The notes under the pieces are model-generated. The model had not been told where the DNA came from, did not search any database, and saw only the letters and a list, made by a program, of their open reading frames with translations. Shown in pieces: positions 1-9,429 of a stretch of 64,000 nucleotides of DNA (position 1 is the stretch's first letter; the number at the start of each line of letters is the position of its first letter). The DNA is from Flavobacteriaceae bacterium. Its GTDB lineage: Bacteria; Bacteroidota; Bacteroidia; Flavobacteriales; Flavobacteriaceae. The stretch is from NCBI GenBank assembly GCA_024638165.1, contig JAHEKV010000004.1, forward strand, positions 160,703 through 224,702. Direction: 5' to 3'. Made by a program: the position numbers and the translations under genes.

Positions 1-892
1 GTACTCGTAATTCTTTTAAGGCCGACAAGGCACGTTGACTAACGGCCATATCAATGCTCGGGATGGCGATTCCTAGATCCATGGCGTTTTGAGAGGTCCA
101 TTTACCTGTACCCTTTTGTTTTGCCTTGTCTAGGATGTTGTCGACGAGTTCCCCCTTTCCTTCAGGATCTTTCGTTCCTAAAATAGCTGCGGTTATTTCA
201 ATTAAGAAAGACGATAATCTTCCTGTTTGATAACTGTCAAATGCAGACTTTGCTTCTGCGTTAGAGAATCCGTAAGATCTGAAAAGTGCGTAGACTTCTG
301 CAATACTCTGCATGATGGCATATTCAATACCATTATGAACCATTTTCACATAGTTACCTGCACCTGATCTACCGACATAAGAAACGCAGGGTTCGCCCTC
401 GTATTTTGCTGTAATTGCTTCGAAAATGGGAGCCACCCTTCGGTAGGCTTCAAGCTCACCTCCTGGCATGATACTAGGTCCCTTTCTCGCTCCTTGAGCA
501 CCACCAGATACCCCGGTTCCTAAAAACAGAAGCCCTTGACTATTTAAATACTGCTCGCGCCGCTCAGTGTCAAGAAAATGACTATTCCCCCCGTCGATGA
601 TTAAATCACCTTTGTCGAGTTTAGGGATCAATGATTCTATCACCTGGTCAACAATAGCTCCAGCAGGAACTAAAAGCATGATGGTTCTAGGTGAGGTAAG
701 GCTTTCAAGAAAATCATTAGTGGATGTGTATGCTTCAAGTTGGTGATCTTCTGAACGCTCAGATTTCATGGCACTAACTTGTTTCGGGTCAAGATCTAAA
801 CCACTTACTTGAAACCCCTGATCTGCAACATTGAGCAGTAGATTTCTTCCCATTACACCTAATCCAATTAAACCGAAACTTGATTTATTCAT
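1..892 (-). CDS. gnd: 6-phosphogluconate dehydrogenase (decarboxylating), N-terminal part; 3' end runs off the window
   Basis: Absent from the ORF track because it is open at the window edge. Reverse complement from ATG 892..890 reads MNKSSFGLIGLGVMGRNLLLNVADQGFQVSG (Rossmann GxGxxG). Further in it reads KMVHNGIEYAIM, the Gnd signature. Confidence 0.9.
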   Translation of the reverse strand, partial: MNKSSFGLIGLGVMGRNLLLNVADQGFQVSGLDLDPKQVSAMKSERSEDHQLEAYTSTNDFLESLTSPRTIMLLVPAGAIVDQVIESLIPKLDKGDLIIDGGNSHFLDTERREQYLNSQGLLFLGTGVSGGAQGARKGPSIMPGGELEAYRRVAPIFEAITAKYEGEPCVSYVGRSGAGNYVKMVHNGIEYAIMQSIAEVYALFRSYGFSNAEAKSAFDSYQTGRLSSFLIEITAAILGTKDPEGKGELVDNILDKAKQKGTGKWTSQNAMDLGIAIPSIDMAVSQRALSALKELRV

Positions 893-983
893 AGTTATCC
901 ACTTTAAATTCTAAAACGAAATTAAGGATGTATATTCGCCTTGTCGCAAAAATCGAATAATTCTGACCAATTAAAAAGCGTTT

Positions 984-2522
984 ATGTCATTCACGAAGGC
1001 CGATTCTCAATTAATTGTTCTATTTGGAGCATCGGGTGATCTTACCTCAAGAAAATTAATTCCGGCATTAATTCGACTATTCGACAGCGATTTAATCTCT
1101 CAAAATACTCGAATACTTGGGGTAGGGAGAAGCCCTTTTTCGAATGAGGAATTTGCTACTAAGGTACTTCTCGAAAACGAACACCTTTCAAAGGATGTTC
1201 GTAAAACAAGTTTTGATCATTACGCTGACCGATTTTTATATTTCACTTTAGAGAAGGACTATCTCGATGACTATGCGGCGTTGGCAAAAAAGGTATTTGA
1301 AACCGATAAGACTTTTTCTTTAGAGGGTAGATATTTATTCTATTGTTCTACTCCACCCAATCTGTATGAGTCGATCGCTGAGAGATTAAAGTCAGCTGGT
1401 TTGTTAGATGATCACAAAGGGTCAACTTCATTTCGACGACTGGTGGTTGAAAAGCCCTTTGGCTATAGTCTAGAAACTGCTAAAGCGATTAATGAAGGTT
1501 TACATCGATATTTTAAAGAGGAGCAAATCTTCAGAATTGATCATTATCTCGGCAAGGAAACCGTCCAAAACCTTTTAGTAACTCGATTTTCGAATTCAAT
1601 TTTCGAGCCTCTTTGGAATTCCAAATACATAGAGCGTGTCGAGATTACCAATGCAGAAGCGGATGGTGTTGCCCTCAGAGGTGGTTATTACGATCACACT
1701 GGAGCACTTCGCGATATGTTTCAGAATCATCTTTTACAATTAGTTTCTCTCGTGATTATGGAGCCTCCTCAGTCGGAAAGCTCTGAAGATATTAGAAATG
1801 AGAAAGTAAAGGCTCTCGAAGCATTACGACCATTGCTTACGGGTGAAGATATTGAGCGTAATACCCTAAGAGGCCAATACACGGCCTCAAGAATTGATGG
1901 TGCTCTGGTCGAGGGTTATCGAGAAGAGCAGGGAGTTGCTGAACAATCACTAACCGAAACCTATGCAGCTATTCGGTTTTTCGTGGATAATGAGCGATGG
2001 AAGGGTACCCCCTTTTACGTGAGGACAGCGAAGCGAATGCCTACAACGGTTACAGAACTTGTCATCTACTTTAAGCGACCTGAACAGCAAATATTTCAAT
2101 ATAGTGCTGGACATTCAAAGAAGAATATTTTGGTCATTCGTATCCAGCCGAATGAGGGTATTCTTTTGAAATTCGGTGTAAAACAACCCGGTCAAGGATT
2201 TAAGGCTCAGCAAGTAAATATGGATTTTTATTACGATAGTTTTACAGATCGAAAAGTGTTGCAGGCTTATGAACGCCTTTTACTAGATGCTTTAAACGGT
2301 GATGCTACGCTCTATGCTCGGGCTGAAGAGGTTGAGAAGGCATGGGAGTTTGTAGATCCGATCATTGCGCATTGGAATAGTCAGAATATGCCGATGCACG
2401 GGTATCCTGCGGGTACTTGGGGCCCTAAAATGTCTAACGAGTTGATTGAGGGTCCAGGTTATTGGAGAAATCCTGGCGAGCACCTGACAGATGATGAAAA
2501 TTATTGTGTAATTTCATCTTGA
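984..2522 (+). CDS. zwf: glucose-6-phosphate 1-dehydrogenase
   Basis: 512 aa. NADP site GASGDLTSRKL and G6PD active-site motif RIDHYLGKE. Divergent from gnd. Confidence 0.95.
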   Translation: MSFTKADSQLIVLFGASGDLTSRKLIPALIRLFDSDLISQNTRILGVGRSPFSNEEFATKVLLENEHLSKDVRKTSFDHYADRFLYFTLEKDYLDDYAALAKKVFETDKTFSLEGRYLFYCSTPPNLYESIAERLKSAGLLDDHKGSTSFRRLVVEKPFGYSLETAKAINEGLHRYFKEEQIFRIDHYLGKETVQNLLVTRFSNSIFEPLWNSKYIERVEITNAEADGVALRGGYYDHTGALRDMFQNHLLQLVSLVIMEPPQSESSEDIRNEKVKALEALRPLLTGEDIERNTLRGQYTASRIDGALVEGYREEQGVAEQSLTETYAAIRFFVDNERWKGTPFYVRTAKRMPTTVTELVIYFKRPEQQIFQYSAGHSKKNILVIRIQPNEGILLKFGVKQPGQGFKAQQVNMDFYYDSFTDRKVLQAYERLLLDALNGDATLYARAEEVEKAWEFVDPIIAHWNSQNMPMHGYPAGTWGPKMSNELIEGPGYWRNPGEHLTDDENYCVISS

Positions 2523-3220
2523 TGGATAAAAGAATCTACTCGAACAAATCAGCTTTAACTGAAGCATTTGCTCATTATCTGGCGCAGTTAATTACAGAAA
2601 AGTTAAGTACACCCTTAGGTTATAAAGAAGGTTTTCATTGGTCTTTATCTGGAGGAAGTACGCCTGTTGGATTGTTTGATTTCTTAGTCGAACGTTATCG
2701 TACCCAAATTGATTGGTCATCTGTTTACTTTTATTGGGGAGATGAACGTTGCGTAGCTCCAAATGATTCACAGAGTAATTATGGGATGACCTGCAAACAT
2801 TTACTCAATCATATCGACCACCAAACAGATCGTGTCTTTAGAATCAAAGGGGAAGATGATCCAGAGGTTGAGGCAGATCGTTATCACCAACTTTTAAAGG
2901 CTCATCCTATTATGGATTTGGTGATGTTAGGCCTCGGTGAGGACGGACACACCGCCTCGATTTTTCCGCATGAAATAGACTTGTACCGTGCAGATGCCTT
3001 TGCCGTCGCTGCTAGCCACCCTTCAGGTCAACGCAGAATAAGTATGACCGGTAAAACGATCGATGCTGCTACTCAAACGGTATTTTTGGTCTCAGGAGCG
3101 TCTAAGGCAACCGTTGTTGAAGAGATTGCCAATAATAAACCTCCCGCTGTAATCTATCCAGCAACTTTAGTCAAGAATGCGATATGGTTTCTAGACGAGG
3201 ACGCCGCGTCACTCCTCTAA
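2522..3220 (+). CDS. pgl: 6-phosphogluconolactonase
   Basis: Motifs SGGSTP and GLGEDGHTASIFP. ATG 2522 shares its A with the zwf TGA stop (TGATG). The ORF-track start at 2504 is a 6-codon extension. Confidence 0.9.
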   Translation: MDKRIYSNKSALTEAFAHYLAQLITEKLSTPLGYKEGFHWSLSGGSTPVGLFDFLVERYRTQIDWSSVYFYWGDERCVAPNDSQSNYGMTCKHLLNHIDHQTDRVFRIKGEDDPEVEADRYHQLLKAHPIMDLVMLGLGEDGHTASIFPHEIDLYRADAFAVAASHPSGQRRISMTGKTIDAATQTVFLVSGASKATVVEEIANNKPPAVIYPATLVKNAIWFLDEDAASLL

Positions 3221-4495
3221 GGCTCTATTTAAATTAGCCTCAGGTAGCTCTTTTTTGGTTTTAGCTCCTAGTTCTCTTAATTTATCAATACTACGAACGA
3301 CATTACCACGGCCTAAGTGAAGCTTATTCATGGCATCTTCGTAGGTTTTTTTAGCGTCATTCATTCTTAACCCTACTTTATTCATATCCTCGATAAACCC
3401 TACGAACTTGTCGTGCAGTGCTCCCGCCTTTTGAGCAATTTCGAGTGCGTTTTTATGTTGCCTATCGGTGTTCCACATGGTGTCAATAGTACGCAACGTA
3501 GCGAGCAGCGTGGTAGGTGTTACGAGAATAATATTTTGGTCAAATGCCTTTGAATACAGTAACGGATCTCTTTGGAGGGCAACTCCGAAAGCGGGTTCGA
3601 TAGCAATAAATAAGATCACAAATTCAGGTGAATTGACCTCATATAAGTCTTCGTAACGCTTTTCACTGAGTTCTTTAATATGCCTTTGTATTGAATTTAA
3701 ATGGAGCTTTGCAAAAGTTTCCTTCTCTGTTTCATCCTCAGAATTGATCAATTGCTCGTAATGAACTAGAGATACTTTCGAATCGACGATGAATTTTTTA
3801 TCATCGGGTAGATTGATAATTACATCAGGCATTAAGCGCCTACCTTCTGCGGTTGTAAAACTCTGTTGAACTGAGTATTCAATGTCTTTACGAAGGCCTG
3901 ATTTCTCAAGAATTCGTTCAAGGACCATTTCACCCCAGTTTCCTTGCATTTTATTATCCCCTTTCAATGCTTTTACCAAATTTGCAGCTTCATTTTGCAT
4001 GAGAAGGCTTTGCTCTTGCATATGCTTTAATTCAACCTTAAAGGTTTCGTGAAAGGTTAAATTTTGCTTATTCGAATCCTCTACCTTTTTTGAGAAATCA
4101 CTGATTCGTTCTCTAAGTGGATCGAGTAAAAGCTTAATGCTTTCCTTGTTTTGCTCATTCATTTTCGATGATTTCTCATCGAAAATTTTCTGAGCTAGAT
4201 TTTCAAATTCAGTTTTAAATTTTTTCTGTAGGCTTTCTAATTCTTTCACTCGCTCATCCTCCTTTGATTTTAAGGAGGCGAACTCTGCTTCGAGATGGAT
4301 GAGCTGACGTAATTGCTCTTCTTTTTCTTGTGAAACCGATTTTAAACTAGTTTCTGAGGTACTAAGTTGATCAGTTAACTGTCTAATTCGTTCATTAAGA
4401 AGTGTATGTGACTCAATAGTACTTAATCTCTTGCCGAAATAAAAGCCTGCGCCACCTAGAACAAGTGCGAGTATAGTAAGTGCGATCTCAGCCAT
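3209..4495 (-). CDS. rmuC: DNA recombination protein RmuC
   Basis: 428 aa. N-terminal TM helix, long coiled coil, and a C-terminal RmuC-type region (PDVIINLPDDKKFIVDSKVSL). Confidence 0.85.
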   Translation of the reverse strand: MAEIALTILALVLGGAGFYFGKRLSTIESHTLLNERIRQLTDQLSTSETSLKSVSQEKEEQLRQLIHLEAEFASLKSKEDERVKELESLQKKFKTEFENLAQKIFDEKSSKMNEQNKESIKLLLDPLRERISDFSKKVEDSNKQNLTFHETFKVELKHMQEQSLLMQNEAANLVKALKGDNKMQGNWGEMVLERILEKSGLRKDIEYSVQQSFTTAEGRRLMPDVIINLPDDKKFIVDSKVSLVHYEQLINSEDETEKETFAKLHLNSIQRHIKELSEKRYEDLYEVNSPEFVILFIAIEPAFGVALQRDPLLYSKAFDQNIILVTPTTLLATLRTIDTMWNTDRQHKNALEIAQKAGALHDKFVGFIEDMNKVGLRMNDAKKTYEDAMNKLHLGRGNVVRSIDKLRELGAKTKKELPEANLNRALEE

Positions 4496-4498
4496 TTC

Positions 4499-5938
4499 CT
4501 AGTTTTTAATGGTTACGTCCATGTAGGGGCGTTTGAATTCAATGGTCTTTTTGGGTCCATTCTCTGCGGTAAATCGTTCAGATGCACGAGAGGAAGAAAC
4601 AACGCCGGTGATTTGTTCGATTGCCTTAGCGAGCAGCGGTTCGGTAATTGATCCAAGTTCTCCCATATTAATTACCGATTCAGACTGGATAAGATCTGGT
4701 ACCAGGCCCGTAGTGTAATCAGAAAAACCTACTGAATTCTCATATCTGCCAACTAATGGTTGAAGTGCCCATGAAACATTTGAATTGATGTAAGGTTCTC
4801 TACTTGGATGATAGAGGAAGGGGAAATTGGAGTAACCACTAACATCATCTACTAGAGTAATTGAAAATTCGTTTTTACCTCGAGTGGTGTCGCCAATATG
4901 GATGACTTGCATATGTGGGTCTAATCCATTGATAAGAAGTTCACTTGCTGAAGCACTTGTTGTTTCAGTGAGGATAAATACTCGTTGAAGATTAAGTCCC
5001 TTGTTGGGGTCAAAATAATCTTCTAGTTGGCTTCCAAAGGCTTCATTCCACTTTTCGTTCCAGTCTTGGCGAGCAAATACGGTCTCTTCTGTAGCGTTAT
5101 AAATACGACTCGCAATTTTTCTAGCTGATGCGGTAGAGCCTCCTGAATTATATCGAAGGTCAAGAACGACTTCGTTTACGCCATTACTTTGAAACTCATC
5201 AAATACTGCCATAACCTCGGCATCATAATTAGCAATAAAGGCGTTATACATAAGATAACCTATCTTTTTATCTTCTACGGAGATGATGGTGTCTAAATAT
5301 ATCGGGTGTTCAGCTAAATTCTCTTCTTTGGTCAGCAGTACAGACTCTTCACTATCTACAAAATCTCCATCTATGTATTCTGCTCTTCCCAAAGTGTAAC
5401 TATCATCGGTTGAAAACAATAATTCAAGATAATTGGAGGTAGTGATTGGTGTTCCATTTACTCTATTAAACAAGTCTCCGCGTTGAATTCCTTGTCTCTC
5501 CGCATCTGAGTTTTTAATAGTGTACTTGGTATATAGAATCACTTTATCACTGTCTTCTGCCTCTAATACTAATCCAAATTCTAACCCATTACTTTTGGAG
5601 ATGCCTGACAGGGTATTGGTGAGTTCGGTATAATCATCTGAATAAAAGGTGAATCGATCTTCAGGGTCAAGTAAACTTTCAATGAAGGCCTCTGGGTCTG
5701 GATTACTGTTTAAATAGTCAATATAATCTGAGGTGTTTTCAATCTTTGAATCTGCCAAATTAGGCACTCTACTTTGCCAGTAATACCATAGGTTCATCGA
5801 TCGCCACATGAAATTTTGAATTTCGATGTCTTCAACACTTACCTCATCAATCTCGGGATTGACTGGGTCTGATGAACAGGAATTCAATAAGATGGTTGCT
5901 GCGACCAAAAGGAGGTGCGATATCCGCTTCAATTTCAT
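4499..5938 (-). CDS. S41 family peptidase lipoprotein (tail-specific protease-like)
   Basis: Lipobox LLNSC. S41 motif LDLRYNSGGS. Confidence 0.8.
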   Translation of the reverse strand: MKLKRISHLLLVAATILLNSCSSDPVNPEIDEVSVEDIEIQNFMWRSMNLWYYWQSRVPNLADSKIENTSDYIDYLNSNPDPEAFIESLLDPEDRFTFYSDDYTELTNTLSGISKSNGLEFGLVLEAEDSDKVILYTKYTIKNSDAERQGIQRGDLFNRVNGTPITTSNYLELLFSTDDSYTLGRAEYIDGDFVDSEESVLLTKEENLAEHPIYLDTIISVEDKKIGYLMYNAFIANYDAEVMAVFDEFQSNGVNEVVLDLRYNSGGSTASARKIASRIYNATEETVFARQDWNEKWNEAFGSQLEDYFDPNKGLNLQRVFILTETTSASASELLINGLDPHMQVIHIGDTTRGKNEFSITLVDDVSGYSNFPFLYHPSREPYINSNVSWALQPLVGRYENSVGFSDYTTGLVPDLIQSESVINMGELGSITEPLLAKAIEQITGVVSSSRASERFTAENGPKKTIEFKRPYMDVTIKN

Positions 5939-5950
5939 AAATCGTGCTTT

Positions 5951-5975
5951 GTAACAAATTTAGGATGATTTCGTC
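5951..5975 (+). promoter_or_regulatory. candidate ECF-type autoregulated promoter (GTAAC-N16-CGTC) upstream of the ECF sigma gene
   Basis: AAC at 5953..5955, a 16-nt spacer, then CGTC at 5972..5975, about 30 nt before GTG 6004. Fits the generic ECF -35 AAC / -10 CGT pattern. Confidence 0.35.
5955..5962 (-). promoter_or_regulatory. Bacteroidota -7 box TAAATTTG for the S41 peptidase gene
   Basis: Plus strand reads CAAATTTA. 16 nt upstream of ATG 5938. Confidence 0.5.
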
Positions 5976-6003
5976 TTAATTTCGAGAACCTTAGGAATCA
6001 TTT

Positions 6004-6507
6004 GTGAAAGAGGCTGTTTACATAGAGACTGTTCATCAGATTGAGCAGAAATTATATCGTATAGCGAAACGGTTACTGATTTCCCATGAGGAGGCTCAAG
6101 ATGCTACTCAAGAGGTGTTAGTTAAGGTTTGGCAAAGGTCTTCTGAGCTTTCACATGTAAAGAGTATAGAGGCTTATGCCATGACCATGGTGAAGAATTA
6201 TTGTTATGATCGTTTGAAGTCAAAACAGGCTTCGAATATGAGTATAGAGTATTCTATTCATGATAAGAGTCATGATCAATCGGCAGCCTTCGAAGCAAAA
6301 GATCGACTTTCCTTTGTCGAGAAAATTGTAAATAATCTGCCTGATAAGCAGAAACTCATTTGGCAGCTCAGGGATGTTGAGGGTGCGACCTTTGAGGAAA
6401 TTGCTGAAGTGGTCCAAATGGAGCCAACAGCGATTCGAGTCACCCTTTCAAGAGCAAGAAAGAAAATAAAAGAAAGTTTAGAACAAATAGATGCTTATGG
6501 AATCTAA
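6004..6507 (+). CDS. ECF-type RNA polymerase sigma-70 factor
   Basis: 167 aa with a GTG start. Region 2 is DATQEVLVKVWQ. The region 4 HTH is LPDKQKLIWQLRDVEGATFEEIAEVVQMEPTAIRVTLSRARKKI. Confidence 0.9.
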   Translation: MKEAVYIETVHQIEQKLYRIAKRLLISHEEAQDATQEVLVKVWQRSSELSHVKSIEAYAMTMVKNYCYDRLKSKQASNMSIEYSIHDKSHDQSAAFEAKDRLSFVEKIVNNLPDKQKLIWQLRDVEGATFEEIAEVVQMEPTAIRVTLSRARKKIKESLEQIDAYGI

Positions 6508-6916
6508 AGAAATAAAAGAATTAATAGATCGTTATCTAGCGGCAGAAACCACTCTTTCAGAGGAAGAGCGCCTAAGAGCCTACTTCAGAAGCGAGAGGGT
6601 GGATTCTTCATTGAATTGGGCAAAAATGCTTTTTGCTTACTCGGAGACCGCTAGTGAAGAGCAATTAGATCCTTCTTCAGTATCCTCATCGAGATTCGAT
6701 TGGAGACGTATTGCTGCATCAGTTGCTATTATTTGTGTAACAAGTTTTGGAGTTTATCGTCTACAAGAAAACCACCAACAAAAACAAATGCAATTGGCTT
6801 ATCAGCAAACGAAAGAAGCTTTTGATTTAATTGCTACACAAATGAATAAAGGGACGTCTTCGGTTTCTTATCTCGGTTATTATGAAAAGAGCGTTAGCTC
6901 ATTATTAAACAAATAA
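6491..6916 (+). CDS. single-pass membrane protein in the anti-sigma position (putative anti-sigma factor)
   Basis: Overlaps the sigma gene 3' end by 17 nt. One TM helix (IAASVAIICVTSFGVY). No HxxxCxxC zinc motif. The call rests on position only. Confidence 0.55.
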   Translation: MLMESKEIKELIDRYLAAETTLSEEERLRAYFRSERVDSSLNWAKMLFAYSETASEEQLDPSSVSSSRFDWRRIAASVAIICVTSFGVYRLQENHQQKQMQLAYQQTKEAFDLIATQMNKGTSSVSYLGYYEKSVSSLLNK

Positions 6917-6925
6917 AAAAGGACT

Positions 6926-7480
6926 ATGAAAAATTTCAAACACCTCTTATTTCTAGTAGTATTTACGCTGACTTCGCTTGCCACGTACTCTCAATCGATC
7001 TTCGATAAATACGCAAGTAAAGACGAGGTAACCTCTGTGGTGATCTCAGAAAATATGTTCAAACTATTTGCGAATATGCAGCTGGTGGTAGATGATAAAG
7101 AGGCTCAAGATTTTATTGATATCGCGAAAAATGTCAAAGGATTACGCGTACTAACAACTTCAAATAGTACTATTGCTGACGATCTCAAAAACGAGGCACT
7201 AGACTATGTTCGTTCAAAGAAACTTTCTGAGCTTCTCGTAGTGAAAGACAAAGGTTCTTCGGTATACTTCTATATCGCTGAAGGAGCTAGTGAAGGGAAA
7301 ATCAAAGAACTTCTTATGCTAGTAACCGAAATTAAAGAGGTGAATATTAATGGTCGAAACTTTGAGACGGTATTACTCTCTTTGACAGGAGATCTTGATA
7401 TGGAAAAGATTGGGGCTCTTGCTAATAAGATGAATTTACCAGAGGAGTTAGGTCAAATCAATTCAGCACAACGTCAATAA
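6926..7480 (+). CDS. exported DUF4252-like protein
   Basis: Signal peptide ending SLATYS|Q. The pattern FDKY...VTSVVISENMFKLF...VKGLRVL matches my recollection of DUF4252. Confidence 0.65.
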   Translation: MKNFKHLLFLVVFTLTSLATYSQSIFDKYASKDEVTSVVISENMFKLFANMQLVVDDKEAQDFIDIAKNVKGLRVLTTSNSTIADDLKNEALDYVRSKKLSELLVVKDKGSSVYFYIAEGASEGKIKELLMLVTEIKEVNINGRNFETVLLSLTGDLDMEKIGALANKMNLPEELGQINSAQRQ

Positions 7481-7489
7481 TTGCTATCC

Positions 7490-8035
7490 ATGAAACGATT
7501 TACTTTACTTGTTCTAGCAGCTGTGTCTATGATCATCTCATGCCAGCCAGCGATGACCTTACAGCGTTATTTTCTTGAATCACAAGAAAATGCCGATTTT
7601 ACACTCATTGAAATTCCTGCTAGTTTATTAGGTGCTAGCCTAGAAGATTTGACTCCCGAGCAAAAGGCCACCTTTTCTTCCCTAAGAAAGGTGAGTGTTT
7701 TGATGTACAGAAATGCTGAGAAGAAAGAGTTCATTGCTAGTCAACAGTCTCTGATTAATAGCTTTCTTAAAAGTGACGGCTTTGAAGCCTTAGTTTCAGC
7801 TCGAATGAAAGGAGAGACGCAAGCCAGTATTCTTATTCGTGGAGCCGTAGATCAAATCGATGAGGCTGTATTCTTTGGCTTTGCAGAGGGCGAGGGCTTT
7901 GTTTTAGCTAGAATTTTAGGAGAGCAAATGAACCCTGCCGCGTTTCTTCAACTAGCGGATACGCTTAAAGAAACTGATTTTCAGTTCCTAAGCGATAGTG
8001 TTCTAAAGGATATACTGGGAGAAGAGCAGCTATAA
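7490..8035 (+). CDS. DUF4252-like lipoprotein, paralogue of the preceding gene
   Basis: ATG 7490 gives MKRFTLLVLAAVSMIISC (lipobox). Length and layout resemble 6926..7480. The ORF-track start at 7481 is a TTG placed directly after the upstream stop. Confidence 0.6.
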   Translation: MKRFTLLVLAAVSMIISCQPAMTLQRYFLESQENADFTLIEIPASLLGASLEDLTPEQKATFSSLRKVSVLMYRNAEKKEFIASQQSLINSFLKSDGFEALVSARMKGETQASILIRGAVDQIDEAVFFGFAEGEGFVLARILGEQMNPAAFLQLADTLKETDFQFLSDSVLKDILGEEQL

Positions 8036-8041
8036 TCAGGT

Positions 8042-9385
8042 TTAGAACCCAAGGTAGTTCTCTGGTCGTATTGCTTTAAGTTCTGACTTTACTGAATCGC
8101 TAACATTTAATGTTTCGATAAAGTCGTGTATTGCTTCCTCGTTCATCACTGAATGAGTCCTGGTGAGTGCCTTTAGACTTTCATAAGGATTAGGATATTG
8201 TTCTCGACGAAGAATCGTTTGGATTGCTTCAGCAACAACTGCCCAATTATCTGATAGCTCATTGACCACTTTTTCTTTATTGACGAGCAGCTTACCAAAA
8301 CCTTTCAGAAGGGATTGCATGGCTAAGATCGAATGTCCGATGGGTACTCCAACGTTTCTTAACACCGTACTGTCTGTAAGATCTCTCTGTAATCTAGATA
8401 CAGGAAGCTTCGCCGATAAATGCTCGTAAATAGCGTTCGCAAGACCTAAATTACCTTCGGCATTCTCAAAGTCGATAGGGTTTACTTTATGCGGCATTGC
8501 TGACGAACCTACCTCACCCTCTTTGATTCGTTGTTTGAAGTAATCCATTGAGATATAACTCCAGACATCTCGAGATACATCGATGAGGATCGTGTTGATT
8601 CGTTTGTATAGATCAAAAAGTCCCGCTAAATGATCATAATGTTCGATTTGAGTAGTTGGATAACTAAAGTGTAATCCTAGGTTTTCAGTCACAAAAGCTC
8701 TTCCGAACTCAGGCCAATTATTCGAAGGGTAAGCTACCTTATGAGCATTGTAGTTCCCGGTTGCGCCCCCAAATTTTGCTGAAAATTTTTGTGATTCAAA
8801 CTGAGAAATTTGCTCGTGTAAACGCACTGCAAACACCTTAAATTCTTTACCTAATCTAGTAGGTGAAGCAGGTTGACCATGAGTTCTAGCGAGCATTGGA
8901 ATGTCGTTCAAACCTTCTGCCAATTTTTCGATTTCGATCACTAATTGTTGAAGCATAGGAAGCACGATTTCAAAATGAGCTTCTTTCAACGATAGCGGAA
9001 TGGCAGTGTTGTTAATATCTTGAGAGGTTAGTCCGAAATGAACAAACTCCTTGAGATCATCTAATCCCAATTGATCAAATTGATTTTTGATGAAATACTC
9101 TACCGCCTTAACATCATGGTTAGTGACGCGTTCAATATCTTTAATCGATTGCGCGTCTTCTTCACTAAAATTTTGATAAATCGCTTTTAAATTCTCCTTA
9201 GTTTTCTGATCTAAAGGATGTAAAGGTTTGACCCCTGTTTCACATAATTCGATGAAGTATTCGATTTCTATTCGAACGCGATACTTGATCAGTGCATATT
9301 CTGAGAAATATGGAGCAAGGGTAGAAGTTTTTGATCGATATCTACCGTCAATCGGTGAGATGGCTGAAAGTTCAGTGATATTCAT
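8042..9385 (-). CDS. purB: adenylosuccinate lyase
   Basis: 447 aa. Fumarate-lyase signature GSSAMPHKVNP. Confidence 0.95.
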   Translation of the reverse strand: MNITELSAISPIDGRYRSKTSTLAPYFSEYALIKYRVRIEIEYFIELCETGVKPLHPLDQKTKENLKAIYQNFSEEDAQSIKDIERVTNHDVKAVEYFIKNQFDQLGLDDLKEFVHFGLTSQDINNTAIPLSLKEAHFEIVLPMLQQLVIEIEKLAEGLNDIPMLARTHGQPASPTRLGKEFKVFAVRLHEQISQFESQKFSAKFGGATGNYNAHKVAYPSNNWPEFGRAFVTENLGLHFSYPTTQIEHYDHLAGLFDLYKRINTILIDVSRDVWSYISMDYFKQRIKEGEVGSSAMPHKVNPIDFENAEGNLGLANAIYEHLSAKLPVSRLQRDLTDSTVLRNVGVPIGHSILAMQSLLKGFGKLLVNKEKVVNELSDNWAVVAEAIQTILRREQYPNPYESLKALTRTHSVMNEEAIHDFIETLNVSDSVKSELKAIRPENYLGF

Positions 9386-9429
9386 GATGATAAGCTAAAA
9401 GGCGAAATTAAGACATTCGAGAGAATCAA

